Source: Myxococcota bacterium (lineage in GTDB: Bacteria > Myxococcota_A > UBA9160 > UBA6930). Taken from it: 64,000 nucleotides of DNA. Shown here one piece after another: positions 17,487 through 27,723 of this stretch. Position 1 is the stretch's first letter. Each line of letters begins with the position of its first letter. The position numbers and the translations under genes are program-made. Below the pieces are notes generated by a model that ran no database searches, was not told the DNA's origin, and saw nothing but the letters and a program-made list of their open reading frames with translations. Where the stretch lies: assembly GCA_965223415.1 (NCBI GenBank), contig OZ245002.1:4704001-4768000 (forward strand), read 5' to 3'.

Positions 17487-18974
17487 GTGCTCCGCCCTCA
17501 GCTCGACGAGTTCGTGAGGCTCGCCTCCCGGGGCAATCTCGTCCCCGTGGTCCGCGAGATCCTCGCCGACCTGGACACGCCTCTCTCCCTCTTCCGGAAG
17601 CTCGACGACGGGCGCACGGCCTTCCTCTTCGAGTCCGTGGAGGGCGGGGAGAAGTGGGCCCGTTACAGCTTCATCGGGACCGGCGCCCGGGCGATCTTCC
17701 GGGCGCGCGGCGCAGACGTGGAGTGGGAGGAGGACGGCCAGCTGCGCGCCGCGCGGGCGCCGGGCGATCCCCTGGAGCTGCTCCGCGACCGCATCGCCGG
17801 CTATCGGCCCGTGCCCCTGCCCGGCGTGGAACTGCCCCGCTTCGCCGGCGGCGCGGTCGGCATGGTCGGCTGGGACTGGGTGCGCTTCGTGGAGCGCATC
17901 CCCGACGGCAATCCCGACGAGCTGGGCCTGCCGGATCTCTGGTTCCACTTCCCCGAGACGGTCGTGGCGTTCGACCGGGTCCGGCACAGTGCGCTGATCA
18001 TCCGGCACGTGCACCTGCGCGAAGGCGACGACCCGGCCGGGCGCTACGCGGAGGAGGTGCGGGCTCTCGACGCGGTGGTGGAGCAGCTGCGCGCGCCGCT
18101 GGCGCCGGAGGCCCGGCACGTGCCCGTGCGCGCGCCGATGGACGTGCGCACCAGCATGAGCCGGGAGCAGTACCAGGACGCGGTGAAGCGGGCGAAGGAC
18201 TACGTGGTGGCCGGCGACGTCTTCCAGGTGGTGCTCGGCTTCCGCCACAGCGTGCCTCTCCAGGTGGATCCGTTCCTGCTCTACCGCATGCTCCGCCACG
18301 TGAACCCGAGCCCCTACCTGATCTACATGCGCATGGAAGGGCCGGTGCTGATCAGCTCTTCCCCGGAGATCCTGGTGCGCCTCGACGGCGACCAGATCGA
18401 CGTGCGGCCCATCGCCGGCACCCGGCGCCGCGGCCGGGATCCCGAGGACGATCTCGCCATGGAAGAGGAGCTGCGCACGGATCCGAAGGAGATCGCCGAG
18501 CACGTGATGCTGGTCGACCTGGGCCGCAACGACGTCGGGCGGGTGGCCGAGATCGGAAGCGTGCGGGTGACGGAGTACGCCAGCATCGAGCGCTACTCCC
18601 ACGTGATGCACACGGTGTCGAACGTGCAGGGGCACCTCACCACCGGCAGGGACTGGCTCGACCTGCTGCGGGCCACCTTCCCGGCCGGGACGCTCTCCGG
18701 CGCCCCCAAGGTGCGGGCGATGGAGATCATCGACGAGCTCGAGGCGGTGCGCCGCGGCCCCTTCGGCGGCTGCGCCGGCTACATCGACTACTCCGGCAAC
18801 ATGGACCTGGCGATCACCATCCGCACCATGCTGGTCCACGACAACGAGGTCCACCTCCAGGCCGGCGCCGGCGTGGTGGCGGATTCGGTGCCCGAGCTCG
18901 AGTGGAAGGAGTGCAACAACAAGGCGCGGGCGATGATCCAGGCCATCGACATGGCGAGGGAGGGGACCGACTAG
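17487..18974 (+). CDS. trpE: Anthranilate synthase component I
   Basis: LFESVEGGEKWARYSFIG, NPSPY, PIAGTRRRG, EHVMLVDLGRND and PAGTLSGAPK. Confidence 0.95.
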   Translation: MLRPQLDEFVRLASRGNLVPVVREILADLDTPLSLFRKLDDGRTAFLFESVEGGEKWARYSFIGTGARAIFRARGADVEWEEDGQLRAARAPGDPLELLRDRIAGYRPVPLPGVELPRFAGGAVGMVGWDWVRFVERIPDGNPDELGLPDLWFHFPETVVAFDRVRHSALIIRHVHLREGDDPAGRYAEEVRALDAVVEQLRAPLAPEARHVPVRAPMDVRTSMSREQYQDAVKRAKDYVVAGDVFQVVLGFRHSVPLQVDPFLLYRMLRHVNPSPYLIYMRMEGPVLISSSPEILVRLDGDQIDVRPIAGTRRRGRDPEDDLAMEEELRTDPKEIAEHVMLVDLGRNDVGRVAEIGSVRVTEYASIERYSHVMHTVSNVQGHLTTGRDWLDLLRATFPAGTLSGAPKVRAMEIIDELEAVRRGPFGGCAGYIDYSGNMDLAITIRTMLVHDNEVHLQAGAGVVADSVPELEWKECNNKARAMIQAIDMAREGTD

Positions 18975-19008
18975 CGATGGCTCGAGCCCAGCCCGGAGGC
19001 GGCGGCTG

Positions 19009-19605
19009 ATGCCTCGCCTGCTGATGATCGATAACTACGATTCCTTCGCCTACAACCTCTTCCAGTACCTGGGCGAGCTCGGCGCGGAGACCGCGGTGGT
19101 GCGCAACGACGACGAGAGCGTCGACGCGCTCCTGGCCCGGCGGCCCGACGGCCTGGTGATCTCGCCGGGGCCGGGCCGCCCCGAGGACGCCGGCGTGTCG
19201 GTGGAGGCGGTCGGCCGCTTCGGCGAGGCGGGGATCCCGGTGCTGGGCGTGTGTCTCGGCCACCAGGCGATCGGCCTCGGCTTCGGTGGTCGCATCGTCG
19301 GCGCCCGCTCGATCATGCACGGCAAGACCTCCGCCATCCACCACGAGGAGCAGGGCGTCTTCGCCGGGCTGCCCTCGCCCTTCGAGGCGACCCGCTACCA
19401 CAGCCTGGTGATCGACGGTCCCAGCCGGCCCGGCGTGCTCGAGGTGACCGCCCATACCGAGGACGGCGAGATCATGGGCGTGCGGCACCGCAGCCTGGAC
19501 GTCGAGGGCGTGCAGTTCCACCCGGAGTCGATCCTCACCGGCGAGGGCAAGCGCCTGCTCGGCAACTTCGTCGCCCGCTGCCGTCCCCGGGAGGCCGGGC
19601 GATGA
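19009..19605 (+). CDS. trpG: Anthranilate synthase component II (glutamine amidotransferase)
   Basis: IDNYDSF, SPGPG, GVCLGHQ, RYHSL and QFHPES. Confidence 0.95.
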   Translation: MPRLLMIDNYDSFAYNLFQYLGELGAETAVVRNDDESVDALLARRPDGLVISPGPGRPEDAGVSVEAVGRFGEAGIPVLGVCLGHQAIGLGFGGRIVGARSIMHGKTSAIHHEEQGVFAGLPSPFEATRYHSLVIDGPSRPGVLEVTAHTEDGEIMGVRHRSLDVEGVQFHPESILTGEGKRLLGNFVARCRPREAGR

Positions 19606-20627
19606 GCCTCGTCGCCGCCCTGGAGTGCGCCCTCGAGGGGCGAGAGGTCCCGGCCGCGCTGCTGGAGGCGGCCTTCGGGACGATCATGGACGGCGTGGCC
19701 GGCGAGGCGCAGATCGCCGCGCTCCTCGTCGCGCTGCGGGCCAAGGGCGAGACCACCGGAGAGATCGCCGCCCTGGCCCGCGTGCTGCGCAGCCGGGCCG
19801 AGACGGCGCCGCTCCTCGACCCCCGCACCGTGGACACCTGCGGCACCGGCGGCGACGGCGCGAACACCTTCAACGTCTCGACCATCGCCGCCTTCGTGGT
19901 CGCGGGCGCCGGCGTGCCCGTGGCGAAGCACGGCAACCGTGCCGCCTCGAGCCGCACCGGAAGCTTCGACGTCCTGGAGGCGCTCGGCGTCACCGCCGAC
20001 CTGCCCGTCGACGCCGCGGCGGAGGTGCTGGCCGAGGTGGGGATCGGGCCGTTCTTCGCCCGTCGCGCCCACCCGGCGATGCGCTTCGTCGCGCCGGTTC
20101 GCCAGCAGCTGGGCATTCGCACGGTGATGAACGCGATGGGGCCGCTGCTCAATCCGGTGGGCGCGCGGCGCCAGCTCGTCGGCGTGTTCGCCCGGCCCTG
20201 GGTGGAACGTCTCGCCGCCGTGCTCCTCGAGCTCGGTGCGGAGCGCGCGCTGGTGGTGCACGGAAGCGACGGCCTGGACGAGATCACCGTGACGGGTCCG
20301 ACCCACGCGGCCCTGGTCGAAGGCGGGGGCGTGCAGATCCTCGAGCTGGATCCGACCTCGATCGGGATCGCCTGCGCCGTCCCGGAGGGCCTCGCCGGCG
20401 GCGATGCCGAGGAGAACGCCGCCATCGCCCGCGCGGTGCTGGACGGGGAGGCGGGGCCGCGCCGGGACATCGTGGTGGCCAACGCTGGCGCCGCCCTGTG
20501 GGTGGCGGGCGCGGCCGACGACTGGACCGGTGGCGCCGAGCTCGCGCGGAAGAGCCTCGATTCCGGCGCCGCCCGGGAGAAGCTCGCCGCGCTGGTGAGC
20601 GCCACCGCCGGCCGGGGCGGATCGTGA
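19602..20627 (+). CDS. trpD: Anthranilate phosphoribosyltransferase
   Basis: DTCGTGGDG, NVST, KHGNRAASS and GLDEI. Confidence 0.95.
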   Translation: MSLVAALECALEGREVPAALLEAAFGTIMDGVAGEAQIAALLVALRAKGETTGEIAALARVLRSRAETAPLLDPRTVDTCGTGGDGANTFNVSTIAAFVVAGAGVPVAKHGNRAASSRTGSFDVLEALGVTADLPVDAAAEVLAEVGIGPFFARRAHPAMRFVAPVRQQLGIRTVMNAMGPLLNPVGARRQLVGVFARPWVERLAAVLLELGAERALVVHGSDGLDEITVTGPTHAALVEGGGVQILELDPTSIGIACAVPEGLAGGDAEENAAIARAVLDGEAGPRRDIVVANAGAALWVAGAADDWTGGAELARKSLDSGAAREKLAALVSATAGRGGS

Positions 20628-21409
20628 CGAACATCCTGGACGAGATCCTCGCCTACAAGGCGGAGGAGCTTCGGCTGGCCCGACGCAGGGTTTCCGATGC
20701 GGAGATGGCCCGGGCCGCCGGGGACGCGGAGCCGCCGCGGGGCTTCCGCCGTGCGCTCGTGGAGACGCCGGAACCCCGCATCATCGCGGAGATCAAGCGC
20801 CGCTCGCCGAGTGCCGGTGAGATCCGGCCGGACTTCGACCCGGTCGCCATCGCACGCGACTACACGAGAGGCGGTGCCGCCGCGCTCTCGGTGCTCACCG
20901 ACGAGCACTTCTTCGGGGGCCACCTGGACGTCCTGCGGGCGGTGCGTGCAGTGACGCCGTTGCCGCTCCTGCGCAAGGACTTCGTGATCGACGCATACCA
21001 GATCGACGAGGCACGGGCCGCCGGCGCCGACGCGGTGTTGCTGATCGCCAGCGCCCTCGACGCGGCGGACCTCGCGTCGCTCCTCGCCCACGCCCGGAGG
21101 CGGGGGCTCGACGCCCTCGTGGAGGTGCACGACGAGGCCGAACTCGACGCGGCCGCCGCGGTGGGCGCCGACCTGATCGGCGTGAACAACCGCAATCTGC
21201 GGCTGTTCGAGACCGATCTGGCCATCACCGAGCAGCTGGCGCCGAAGCTCCCCGCCGGCGCCGTCCTCGTCTCGGAGAGCGGTATCTTCACCCACGACGA
21301 CGTGGCCCGGCTCGCGGCGGCCGGGGCCCAGGCCTTCCTGGTCGGGGAGTCGTTGATGAGAGAGCCCGATGTGGAGGACGCCTTGCATCGCCTACGGGGA
21401 GCAGCGTGA
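20624..21409 (+). CDS. trpC: Indole-3-glycerol phosphate synthase
   Basis: IAEIKRRSPSAG, LSVLTD, LRKDF, GVNNRNL and VSESG. Confidence 0.95.
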   Translation: MTNILDEILAYKAEELRLARRRVSDAEMARAAGDAEPPRGFRRALVETPEPRIIAEIKRRSPSAGEIRPDFDPVAIARDYTRGGAAALSVLTDEHFFGGHLDVLRAVRAVTPLPLLRKDFVIDAYQIDEARAAGADAVLLIASALDAADLASLLAHARRRGLDALVEVHDEAELDAAAAVGADLIGVNNRNLRLFETDLAITEQLAPKLPAGAVLVSESGIFTHDDVARLAAAGAQAFLVGESLMREPDVEDALHRLRGAA

Positions 21410-22065
21410 CGGTACGGATCAAGATGTGCGGGATCGTCCACCCGGACGACGCGGCGGCCGCCGTCGAGGCGGGGGCCGACCTGATCGGCCTGAACTTCGT
21501 CGCCGACTCGCCGCGCTGCCTCAGCCTGGCGGACGCCGAAGCGATCGCCGTTCGCGTGGATGGCCAGGTCGAGCGGGTCGCGATCTTCCGCGACGCGCCC
21601 TGGGCCGAGATCGAGCGGGTCACGCGCCGCATCGACCTGGAGCGTATCCAGCTCCACGGCGACGAGTCGGAAGAAGAGGTGGAGCTGGTCGACTATCCCG
21701 TGATCAAGGCCGTGCGGGGAGCCGACCGCGAATCGGCCGAACGCTACCCGGGGGCCCTGCTGCTGCTCGATCACCCGACCCGCGGCGGGGGCCAGGGCGC
21801 CGTCTGGAACTGGACCGAAGCCGCCGAGCTGATCGCCGAGGGCGTCGACCTGATGCTCGCCGGGGGTCTCACGCCCGAGAACGTGGGGGAGGCGCTCCGG
21901 GACCTGGGCGATCTCCTGCCCTGGGGCGTGGACGTCGCCACCGGCGTCGAGCGCGAGAGCGACGTGCGCAAGGACCCGGCCCGCATGGCCGCCTTCGTGG
22001 CTGCGGTGCGCCGCGTCGAGGAAGCCGCCGAGGAGACGTCCGAGGAAACCGACGGCGATGAGTGA
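21406..22065 (+). CDS. trpF: Phosphoribosylanthranilate isomerase
   Basis: [21 protein letters not shown] and GVDVATGVE. Confidence 0.93.
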   Translation: MTVRIKMCGIVHPDDAAAAVEAGADLIGLNFVADSPRCLSLADAEAIAVRVDGQVERVAIFRDAPWAEIERVTRRIDLERIQLHGDESEEEVELVDYPVIKAVRGADRESAERYPGALLLLDHPTRGGGQGAVWNWTEAAELIAEGVDLMLAGGLTPENVGEALRDLGDLLPWGVDVATGVERESDVRKDPARMAAFVAAVRRVEEAAEETSEETDGDE

Positions 22066-23254
22066 GGAGCTGCCCGGGCGGTTTGGCGAGTTCGGCGGAC
22101 GCTACGTCTCGGAGGCGTTGGTCGCGGCCCTGGACGAGCTCGACGAAGCGGTCCGCACGATCGTTCCGAGCGATTCCTTCCAGCGCGAGCTCGGCGATCT
22201 GCTCCGCCACTACGCGGGCCGGCCCACGCCGCTGTACCACGCGAAGCGCATGAGCGAGGACCTGGGCGGAGCGAAGATCTACCTGAAGCGCGAGGACCTG
22301 GCCCACACCGGCGCCCACAAGATCAACAACGTGCTGGGGCAGGCGCTGCTCGCCCGGCACATGGGCAAGCCGCGGGTGATCGCCGAGACCGGGGCTGGAC
22401 AGCACGGCGTCGCCACCGCCACCGCCTGCGCGCTCCTCGGTCTGGAGTGCGACGTGTTCATGGGCGAGGAGGACGTGGGCCGTCAGGCGCTGAATGTCTT
22501 CAAGATGGAGCTCCTGGGGGCGACGGTCCATCCGGTGACCTCCGGCTCGCGCACCCTGAAGGACGCGATCAACGAGGCGATGCGGGACTGGGTGACCTAC
22601 GTGCGCACCACCTACTACTGCATCGGCTCCGTGATGGGGCCCCATCCCTATCCCACCCTGGTCCGGGACCTGCAGAAGATCATCGGCGAGGAGGCCCGGG
22701 AGCAGATCCTCGCAGCGGAGGGGCGGCTGCCCGACGCCCTGGTCGCCTGTGTGGGCGGTGGCTCCAACGCGATCGGGCTCTTCCACCGCTTCCTCGGGGA
22801 CGAGGGCGTGCAGATGATCGGCGTGGAGCCGGGCGGCGAAGGCCTGACGAGCGGTCGTCACGGCGCCACCTTGGGCACCGGCACGGTCGGGATCTTTCAC
22901 GGTCAGCGGACCGTCGTGCTCTCGGACGACGACGGGCAGATCTTCCCGGCGCACTCCATCTCGGCGGGCCTCGACTATCCCGGCGTGGGCCCCGAGCACG
23001 CTCATCTCCACGCCACCGGCCGGGCCCAGTACCCGGCCGTCACGGACGACGAGGCGCTCGAGGGGTTCCAGTACCTCTCGCGCATGGAGGGCATCATCCC
23101 CGCCCTCGAGTCCGCCCACGCGATCGCCCAGGTGAAGAAGCTGGCCCTGCAGCTCGGGCCAGGGGCGCTGATCGTGGTGAACCTGTCCGGGCGCGGCGAC
23201 AAGGACGCGCCCCAGGTTCGCGAGATCCTGCAGCGCCGGGGCGGTCCGCACTAG
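22058..23254 (+). CDS. trpB: Tryptophan synthase beta subunit
   Basis: [24 protein letters not shown] and [10 protein letters not shown]. Confidence 0.97.
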   Translation: MSEELPGRFGEFGGRYVSEALVAALDELDEAVRTIVPSDSFQRELGDLLRHYAGRPTPLYHAKRMSEDLGGAKIYLKREDLAHTGAHKINNVLGQALLARHMGKPRVIAETGAGQHGVATATACALLGLECDVFMGEEDVGRQALNVFKMELLGATVHPVTSGSRTLKDAINEAMRDWVTYVRTTYYCIGSVMGPHPYPTLVRDLQKIIGEEAREQILAAEGRLPDALVACVGGGSNAIGLFHRFLGDEGVQMIGVEPGGEGLTSGRHGATLGTGTVGIFHGQRTVVLSDDDGQIFPAHSISAGLDYPGVGPEHAHLHATGRAQYPAVTDDEALEGFQYLSRMEGIIPALESAHAIAQVKKLALQLGPGALIVVNLSGRGDKDAPQVREILQRRGGPH

Positions 23255-24054
23255 TGAGTCGCATCACCGACACCTTCGACCGGCTCCGGGCGGCCGGCGA
23301 GACGGCCTTCGTGCCCTTCCTCACCGCCGGCGATCCCGACCTGGACGCCACCGGGGAGCTGGTGCTGGCCATGGCGGACGCCGGTGCGGACCTGATCGAG
23401 ATCGGCGTGCCCTTCTCGGACCCCACCGCCGACGGTCCGACGATCCAGCGGGCGAGTGAGCGGGCCCTGGCCGGCGGCGTGACGCTCCGTCGCATCCTCG
23501 CCCTGGTGAAGACGCTGCGCTCCCAGCTGGATACGCCGCTCCTGCTGATGGGCTACGCGAACCCCTTCTACGCGATGGGCGTGGAGGGCTTCGTGGAATC
23601 CGCCGCGGAGGCCGGCGTCGACGGTTTCCTCTGCCCGGACCTCCCCCCGGAAGAGGGCGCGGCCCTCTACGCGGAGGCGGAGCGGCGGGGCATCGACGGC
23701 GTGCTGCTGGCGGCCCCGACCACCACGGACGCCCGGCTCGGCATGTTGGTCGAGAGGTCCCGGGGCTTCCTCTACTACGTCTCGCTCACCGGCGTGACGG
23801 CGGCCCGCAGCGAGCTGGCCGCCGGGATCGAGCAGGGCGTGGCCGCCATTCGCCGCCACGGCGATGTCCCCGTCTGCGTGGGCTTCGGCATCTCCCGCCC
23901 GGAGCACGCCGCCCGGGTGGGCGCCTTCGCCGACGGCGTCGTCGTCGGCAGCGCCATCGTCGACCGCATCGAGGCCGCCAGCGACCGCAGCGACGCCGTC
24001 CGCCGCGTCGCCGACTTCGTCCGCGACCTCAAGCAACCCCTCCGGGGAAGTTGA
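23254..24054 (+). CDS. trpA: Tryptophan synthase alpha subunit
   Basis: EIGVPFSDPTADGPTIQ, YYVSLTGVT and VGFGIS. TAGTG overlap with trpB. Confidence 0.96.
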   Translation: MSRITDTFDRLRAAGETAFVPFLTAGDPDLDATGELVLAMADAGADLIEIGVPFSDPTADGPTIQRASERALAGGVTLRRILALVKTLRSQLDTPLLLMGYANPFYAMGVEGFVESAAEAGVDGFLCPDLPPEEGAALYAEAERRGIDGVLLAAPTTTDARLGMLVERSRGFLYYVSLTGVTAARSELAAGIEQGVAAIRRHGDVPVCVGFGISRPEHAARVGAFADGVVVGSAIVDRIEAASDRSDAVRRVADFVRDLKQPLRGS

Positions 24055-24095
24055 CAAACGGACCGGTTCCGTTTGTTGCGTTGTTCGTTTGTCAA
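24051..24095. repeat. Inverted repeat between convergent trpA and coaE (possible bidirectional terminator or REP remnant)
   Basis: TTGACAAACG...CGTTTGTCAA plus an inner ACAAACGGA-ccggt-TCCGTTTGT hairpin. Contains both stop codons. Confidence 0.6.
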
Positions 24096-24694
24096 GTGGT
24101 CAGCGATCGGAAGAGGGCGGTGACCTGGGCTTCGGTTTCGGCGAGTGTGCCGCTGTTGTCGATGACGTGGTCGGCGAGGGCGCGCTTCTCGTCGATGGGC
24201 ATCTGGGAGCGGACGCGCTGGCGGGCGTGGTCGGCGCTGGCGCCGTCGCGCTCGATCTGGCGGGCGATCTGCTGGGCTTCCGGGGCGTAGACGACGACCA
24301 CCGCATCGACGCCGTAGGGCCCCGGGCCGCGCCCTTCCAGCAGCAGGGGGATGTCGGCGACCACGAGGGGCGCCTCGCCGCCTCGCGCCTCGTCGAGCCG
24401 GCGGAGCAGCTCCGCGACGATCGGCGGGCCGGTGATCCGCCCCAGGACGGCGCGGGCCTCCGGGTCCGAGAACACGATCTCACCCAGGCGTCCCCGGTCG
24501 AGGGATCCGTCGGCCCGGAGGATCCCCGCTCCGAAGGCGGCGGTCAGCTCGGCGAGCATCGGCGCCCCCGGCGCCTGGAGCTCGTGGACGATGGCGTCGG
24601 CGTCGACGACGACGGCGCCCCGCCGGGCGAGCATGCGCGACACGGTGCTCTTGCCCGTGCCGATCCCGCCGGTCAGTCCCACCACCCGCGCCAT
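24092..24694 (-). CDS. coaE: Dephospho-CoA kinase
   Basis: VGLTGGIGTGKST, DADAI, LDRGRLG, DIPLL and IDNSG. Confidence 0.95.
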   Translation of the reverse strand: MARVVGLTGGIGTGKSTVSRMLARRGAVVVDADAIVHELQAPGAPMLAELTAAFGAGILRADGSLDRGRLGEIVFSDPEARAVLGRITGPPIVAELLRRLDEARGGEAPLVVADIPLLLEGRGPGPYGVDAVVVVYAPEAQQIARQIERDGASADHARQRVRSQMPIDEKRALADHVIDNSGTLAETEAQVTALFRSLTT

Positions 24695-24741
24695 CGGCGG
24701 AGCATGGCACGGCTCGGCGGGCGTGCCAGCGCTCCTCGGGG

Positions 24742-26256
24742 TCAGATCGACGCGCCGACGTCTCCGCGCTCGTCCGTCTCGCTGGGCTCGGCGTCGTCTT
24801 CGGGCTCGTGGGCGACGACGCAGTTCTTGCCCTCGGCCTTGGCCCGGTAGAGGGCGTCGTCCGCGCCCTGGAAGAAGGCCTTGCGGCTGCCCCGGTAGGT
24901 GTTGACGCCCACCGAGACGGTCATCTTCGTCAGCCGCATCGTGTCGTCGAGGATGAACGAGGCCGACGAGACCCCGTGGCGGATCTTCTCCGCCAGGAGG
25001 AGTGCCCCGGGCGCGTCGGTGTTGGGAGCCAGGACGACGAACTCCTCTCCCCCGTAACGGGCGACCAGGTCCGACTCGCGCACGCAATCGTTCAGGATCT
25101 CGGCGAGACGCACGAGCAGCTCGTCGCCAGAGGCGTGACCGAGCTGGTCGTTCAGGCGCTTGAAGTCGTCGATGTCGATGAACAGCATCGACAGCGGCTC
25201 GCCGCTGCGCCCGGTGCGCTTGATCTCGCGGGTCAGGAAGTCCTGGAAGAAGCGATGGTTGTGGAGCTTGGTCAAGCCGTCGGTGATCGAGAGCTGGCCC
25301 AGCACCTCGTTGGCGGCCTGCAGCGCGTCGTTCTTCTGTTGGAGGCGCTCGTTCGCGGTGACGATGTCGTCGCGCTGACACCGCAGGTCGTCGGCCATCT
25401 CGTTGAAGGTGCGGGTGAGCAAGGCCAACTCGTCCTGGACCGGGATCGGCTCGATCGCCACGTCGAGCTGGCCCTCGGAGATGCGGCGGGCGCCGCCGGC
25501 GAGGGCGAGGATCGGCCCCACCGTCTTGCGGGTCACCCGGCGGGCCAGGAGCGCGAAGCCCACCAGGAGCAGCGCGTTCACGAGGGCCACCCGCACCAAG
25601 ACCTCCAGCACCGGCTCGAAGGCCGTATCGAAGGGGATCTCCAGGACGAGGCGGCCCGCGGCGGCGGGTACCGCGCGGCTGGCGCCGACGACGAGCTCGC
25701 CGGCCCGGTTCCGGTAGGGCTCCGGAGAGGCGGGCCATCCGCCGGCCGCGTCGCCGGGTTCGCCGGCGAGGGGCGGATCGGGAATCAAGCGCAGCCGCGT
25801 GCGCTCGGGATCGCCCACCGGGAGGGCGCGCTCGAGGCTCTCCCGAGCCAGCCAGGCGACCCGCTCGCCCGCCCCGTCGTCGACGGCGAGGCCGAGCTGC
25901 GGACCGCTCACGCCCCGGCGCCAGAGCACGGCCGGCGTCTCACCCGCGGGCAGGGGCTCGAGGGTCGTCCACGGCTCTGGCGGTCCTTGGCGCGGCTCCG
26001 ACGCGTCGAGCGCCTCGGGCAGCCGGGCGCGCGCCCGGGCCAGCAGGTCCTCCACGTGCCGCTCTGCCTCCTGCAGGGTGACGGGCACGGTCCGGTCCAT
26101 CTCCCGGCGCAGGAAGGCGTAGGTCGTGTGGACCGCGATGGCGGAGACCAGCACCGCGCTCAGCACCACGCCACCCAGGGTCACGGCCAGCAGCCGGCCG
26201 GCCAGGCTGCTGGCGGACCACCGTTCCGAGGAGATCTGGCGTGTGGGTTCGGGCAT
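24742..26256 (-). CDS. Membrane diguanylate cyclase (2 TM, HAMP, GGDEF)
   Basis: TDGLTKLHN, DIDDFK, RESD I-site, RYGGEEF and ADDALYRAK. Confidence 0.92.
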   Translation of the reverse strand: MPEPTRQISSERWSASSLAGRLLAVTLGGVVLSAVLVSAIAVHTTYAFLRREMDRTVPVTLQEAERHVEDLLARARARLPEALDASEPRQGPPEPWTTLEPLPAGETPAVLWRRGVSGPQLGLAVDDGAGERVAWLARESLERALPVGDPERTRLRLIPDPPLAGEPGDAAGGWPASPEPYRNRAGELVVGASRAVPAAAGRLVLEIPFDTAFEPVLEVLVRVALVNALLLVGFALLARRVTRKTVGPILALAGGARRISEGQLDVAIEPIPVQDELALLTRTFNEMADDLRCQRDDIVTANERLQQKNDALQAANEVLGQLSITDGLTKLHNHRFFQDFLTREIKRTGRSGEPLSMLFIDIDDFKRLNDQLGHASGDELLVRLAEILNDCVRESDLVARYGGEEFVVLAPNTDAPGALLLAEKIRHGVSSASFILDDTMRLTKMTVSVGVNTYRGSRKAFFQGADDALYRAKAEGKNCVVAHEPEDDAEPSETDERGDVGASI

Positions 26257-26420
26257 GGTCGGGCGCTCCGCGGATCGTCCAGACGGCCTTTCCGCTTGAC
26301 CCGGATGCGCCGAAAGCCGTGCGATTCCAACAAGTTGGGATCGGGTATCCGTCCTCCGGCCCCGGCCTCTGCCGGACCGGGGTAACTGCCCGGAAGCGCG
26401 AGGGATTTCCGGTCGATGGT

Positions 26421-26449
26421 TTGACCGCTCAGGGGCCCTCGGATATATT
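26421..26449 (+). promoter_or_regulatory. Sigma-70-type promoter of the pheA operon
   Basis: TTGACC-N17-TATATT. Confidence 0.6.
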
Positions 26450-26523
26450 GCGCCAGTCTTTTCGAGGGGTTACGCGCGTTGACGCCCACCGCTGTCGGAC
26501 GCGCTCCCGAACGCGAGATCCGC

Positions 26524-27723
26524 ATGAGCGATCCCGGCTCCCGCACGCCCGCGGCCGCACCTGCCCAGGGGCCCAAGGATCCGTCTTTCGAGGCGGAGCT
26601 CGCAGAGCTGCGTCGCGCGATCGACGCGGTGGATCGGCGCATCCTCGACGATCTGAACCGGCGGGCGGCGTTGGTGCTGCGGGTCGGTCAGCTGAAGCAG
26701 CGGCGCAGCGCCGGCGTGTACAGCGCGGCCCGCGAGCGGGACCTGGCCGATGCCCTGGTCGCTGCCAACCCCGGGCCGTTCCCCGACGCCGGTGTGCGTC
26801 CGGTCTTCCGCGAGATCGTCTCGGCCACCCGTTCGCTCGAGGCGCGGGTGCGGGTCGCCTACCTCGGCCCCGAGGGCACCTTCTCCCACCTGGCGGCCCG
26901 GGACACCTTCGGCGCCCACGCCGAGTACGTGGCGGCCTCCACGCTCTCCGAGGTGTTCGCGATCGTCGAACGCGGCGAGGCGGAGCACGGCATCGCGCCG
27001 GTAGAGAACACGACCGAGGGCGTCGTCACGCCGACCCTCGACGCCCTGCTCGGCTCGGAGCTGGCGATTTCCGGGGAGAGCCTGCTGCGCATCTCCCACC
27101 ACCTGATGTCTGGGTCGGGGCAGCTCGCCGACGTGCGACGGGTGGCGAGCCATCCCCAGCCCCTCGCCCAGTGCCGGATCTGGCTCGATCGCCACCTGCC
27201 GAACGCCGAGCGCCTGGAGATGACGAGCACGTCGGCCGCCGCCGACCTCGCTACCCGCGAGAGCGACGTGGCCGCCGTCGGCAGCTCGCTGGTCGCCGAG
27301 CTCCGGGGCCTGCACATCCTGGCGGGCTCGATCGAGGACCGGCGCGACAACACGACCCGCTTCCTCGTGATCGGCGGTGACCCGCCGCCGCCGAGCGGCC
27401 ATGATCTGACTTCCGTGGCCTACACGGTGCGCAAGGGCCAGAGCGGCGCCCTGCACGAGCTGCTCAAGCCCTTCGCGGACCGCGGCGTCAACCTGACGAG
27501 CATCCAGGCGCGGCCGCTCCAGGGGACGCCCTGGGAGTACGTCTTCTTCATCGACGTCGAGGGCCACCTGCAGCAGGCGGAGGTGCGAGAGGCCTTCGAG
27601 GCGGCCGCCACCTTCGCCAACTCCCACCGCGTGCTGGGCTCGTTCCCGCGCGCCACCGAGGCGCGCAACCCGTCGCGCCAGCCGGTGGGCTCGCCGAACC
27701 CGGTGCAGGGGGCCGAAGGATGA
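26524..27723 (+). CDS. pheA: Chorismate mutase/prephenate dehydratase
   Basis: LRRAIDAVD, YLGPEGTFS, PVENTTEG, SHPQPLAQC, NTTRF and an ACT domain. Confidence 0.95.
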   Translation: MSDPGSRTPAAAPAQGPKDPSFEAELAELRRAIDAVDRRILDDLNRRAALVLRVGQLKQRRSAGVYSAARERDLADALVAANPGPFPDAGVRPVFREIVSATRSLEARVRVAYLGPEGTFSHLAARDTFGAHAEYVAASTLSEVFAIVERGEAEHGIAPVENTTEGVVTPTLDALLGSELAISGESLLRISHHLMSGSGQLADVRRVASHPQPLAQCRIWLDRHLPNAERLEMTSTSAAADLATRESDVAAVGSSLVAELRGLHILAGSIEDRRDNTTRFLVIGGDPPPPSGHDLTSVAYTVRKGQSGALHELLKPFADRGVNLTSIQARPLQGTPWEYVFFIDVEGHLQQAEVREAFEAAATFANSHRVLGSFPRATEARNPSRQPVGSPNPVQGAEG

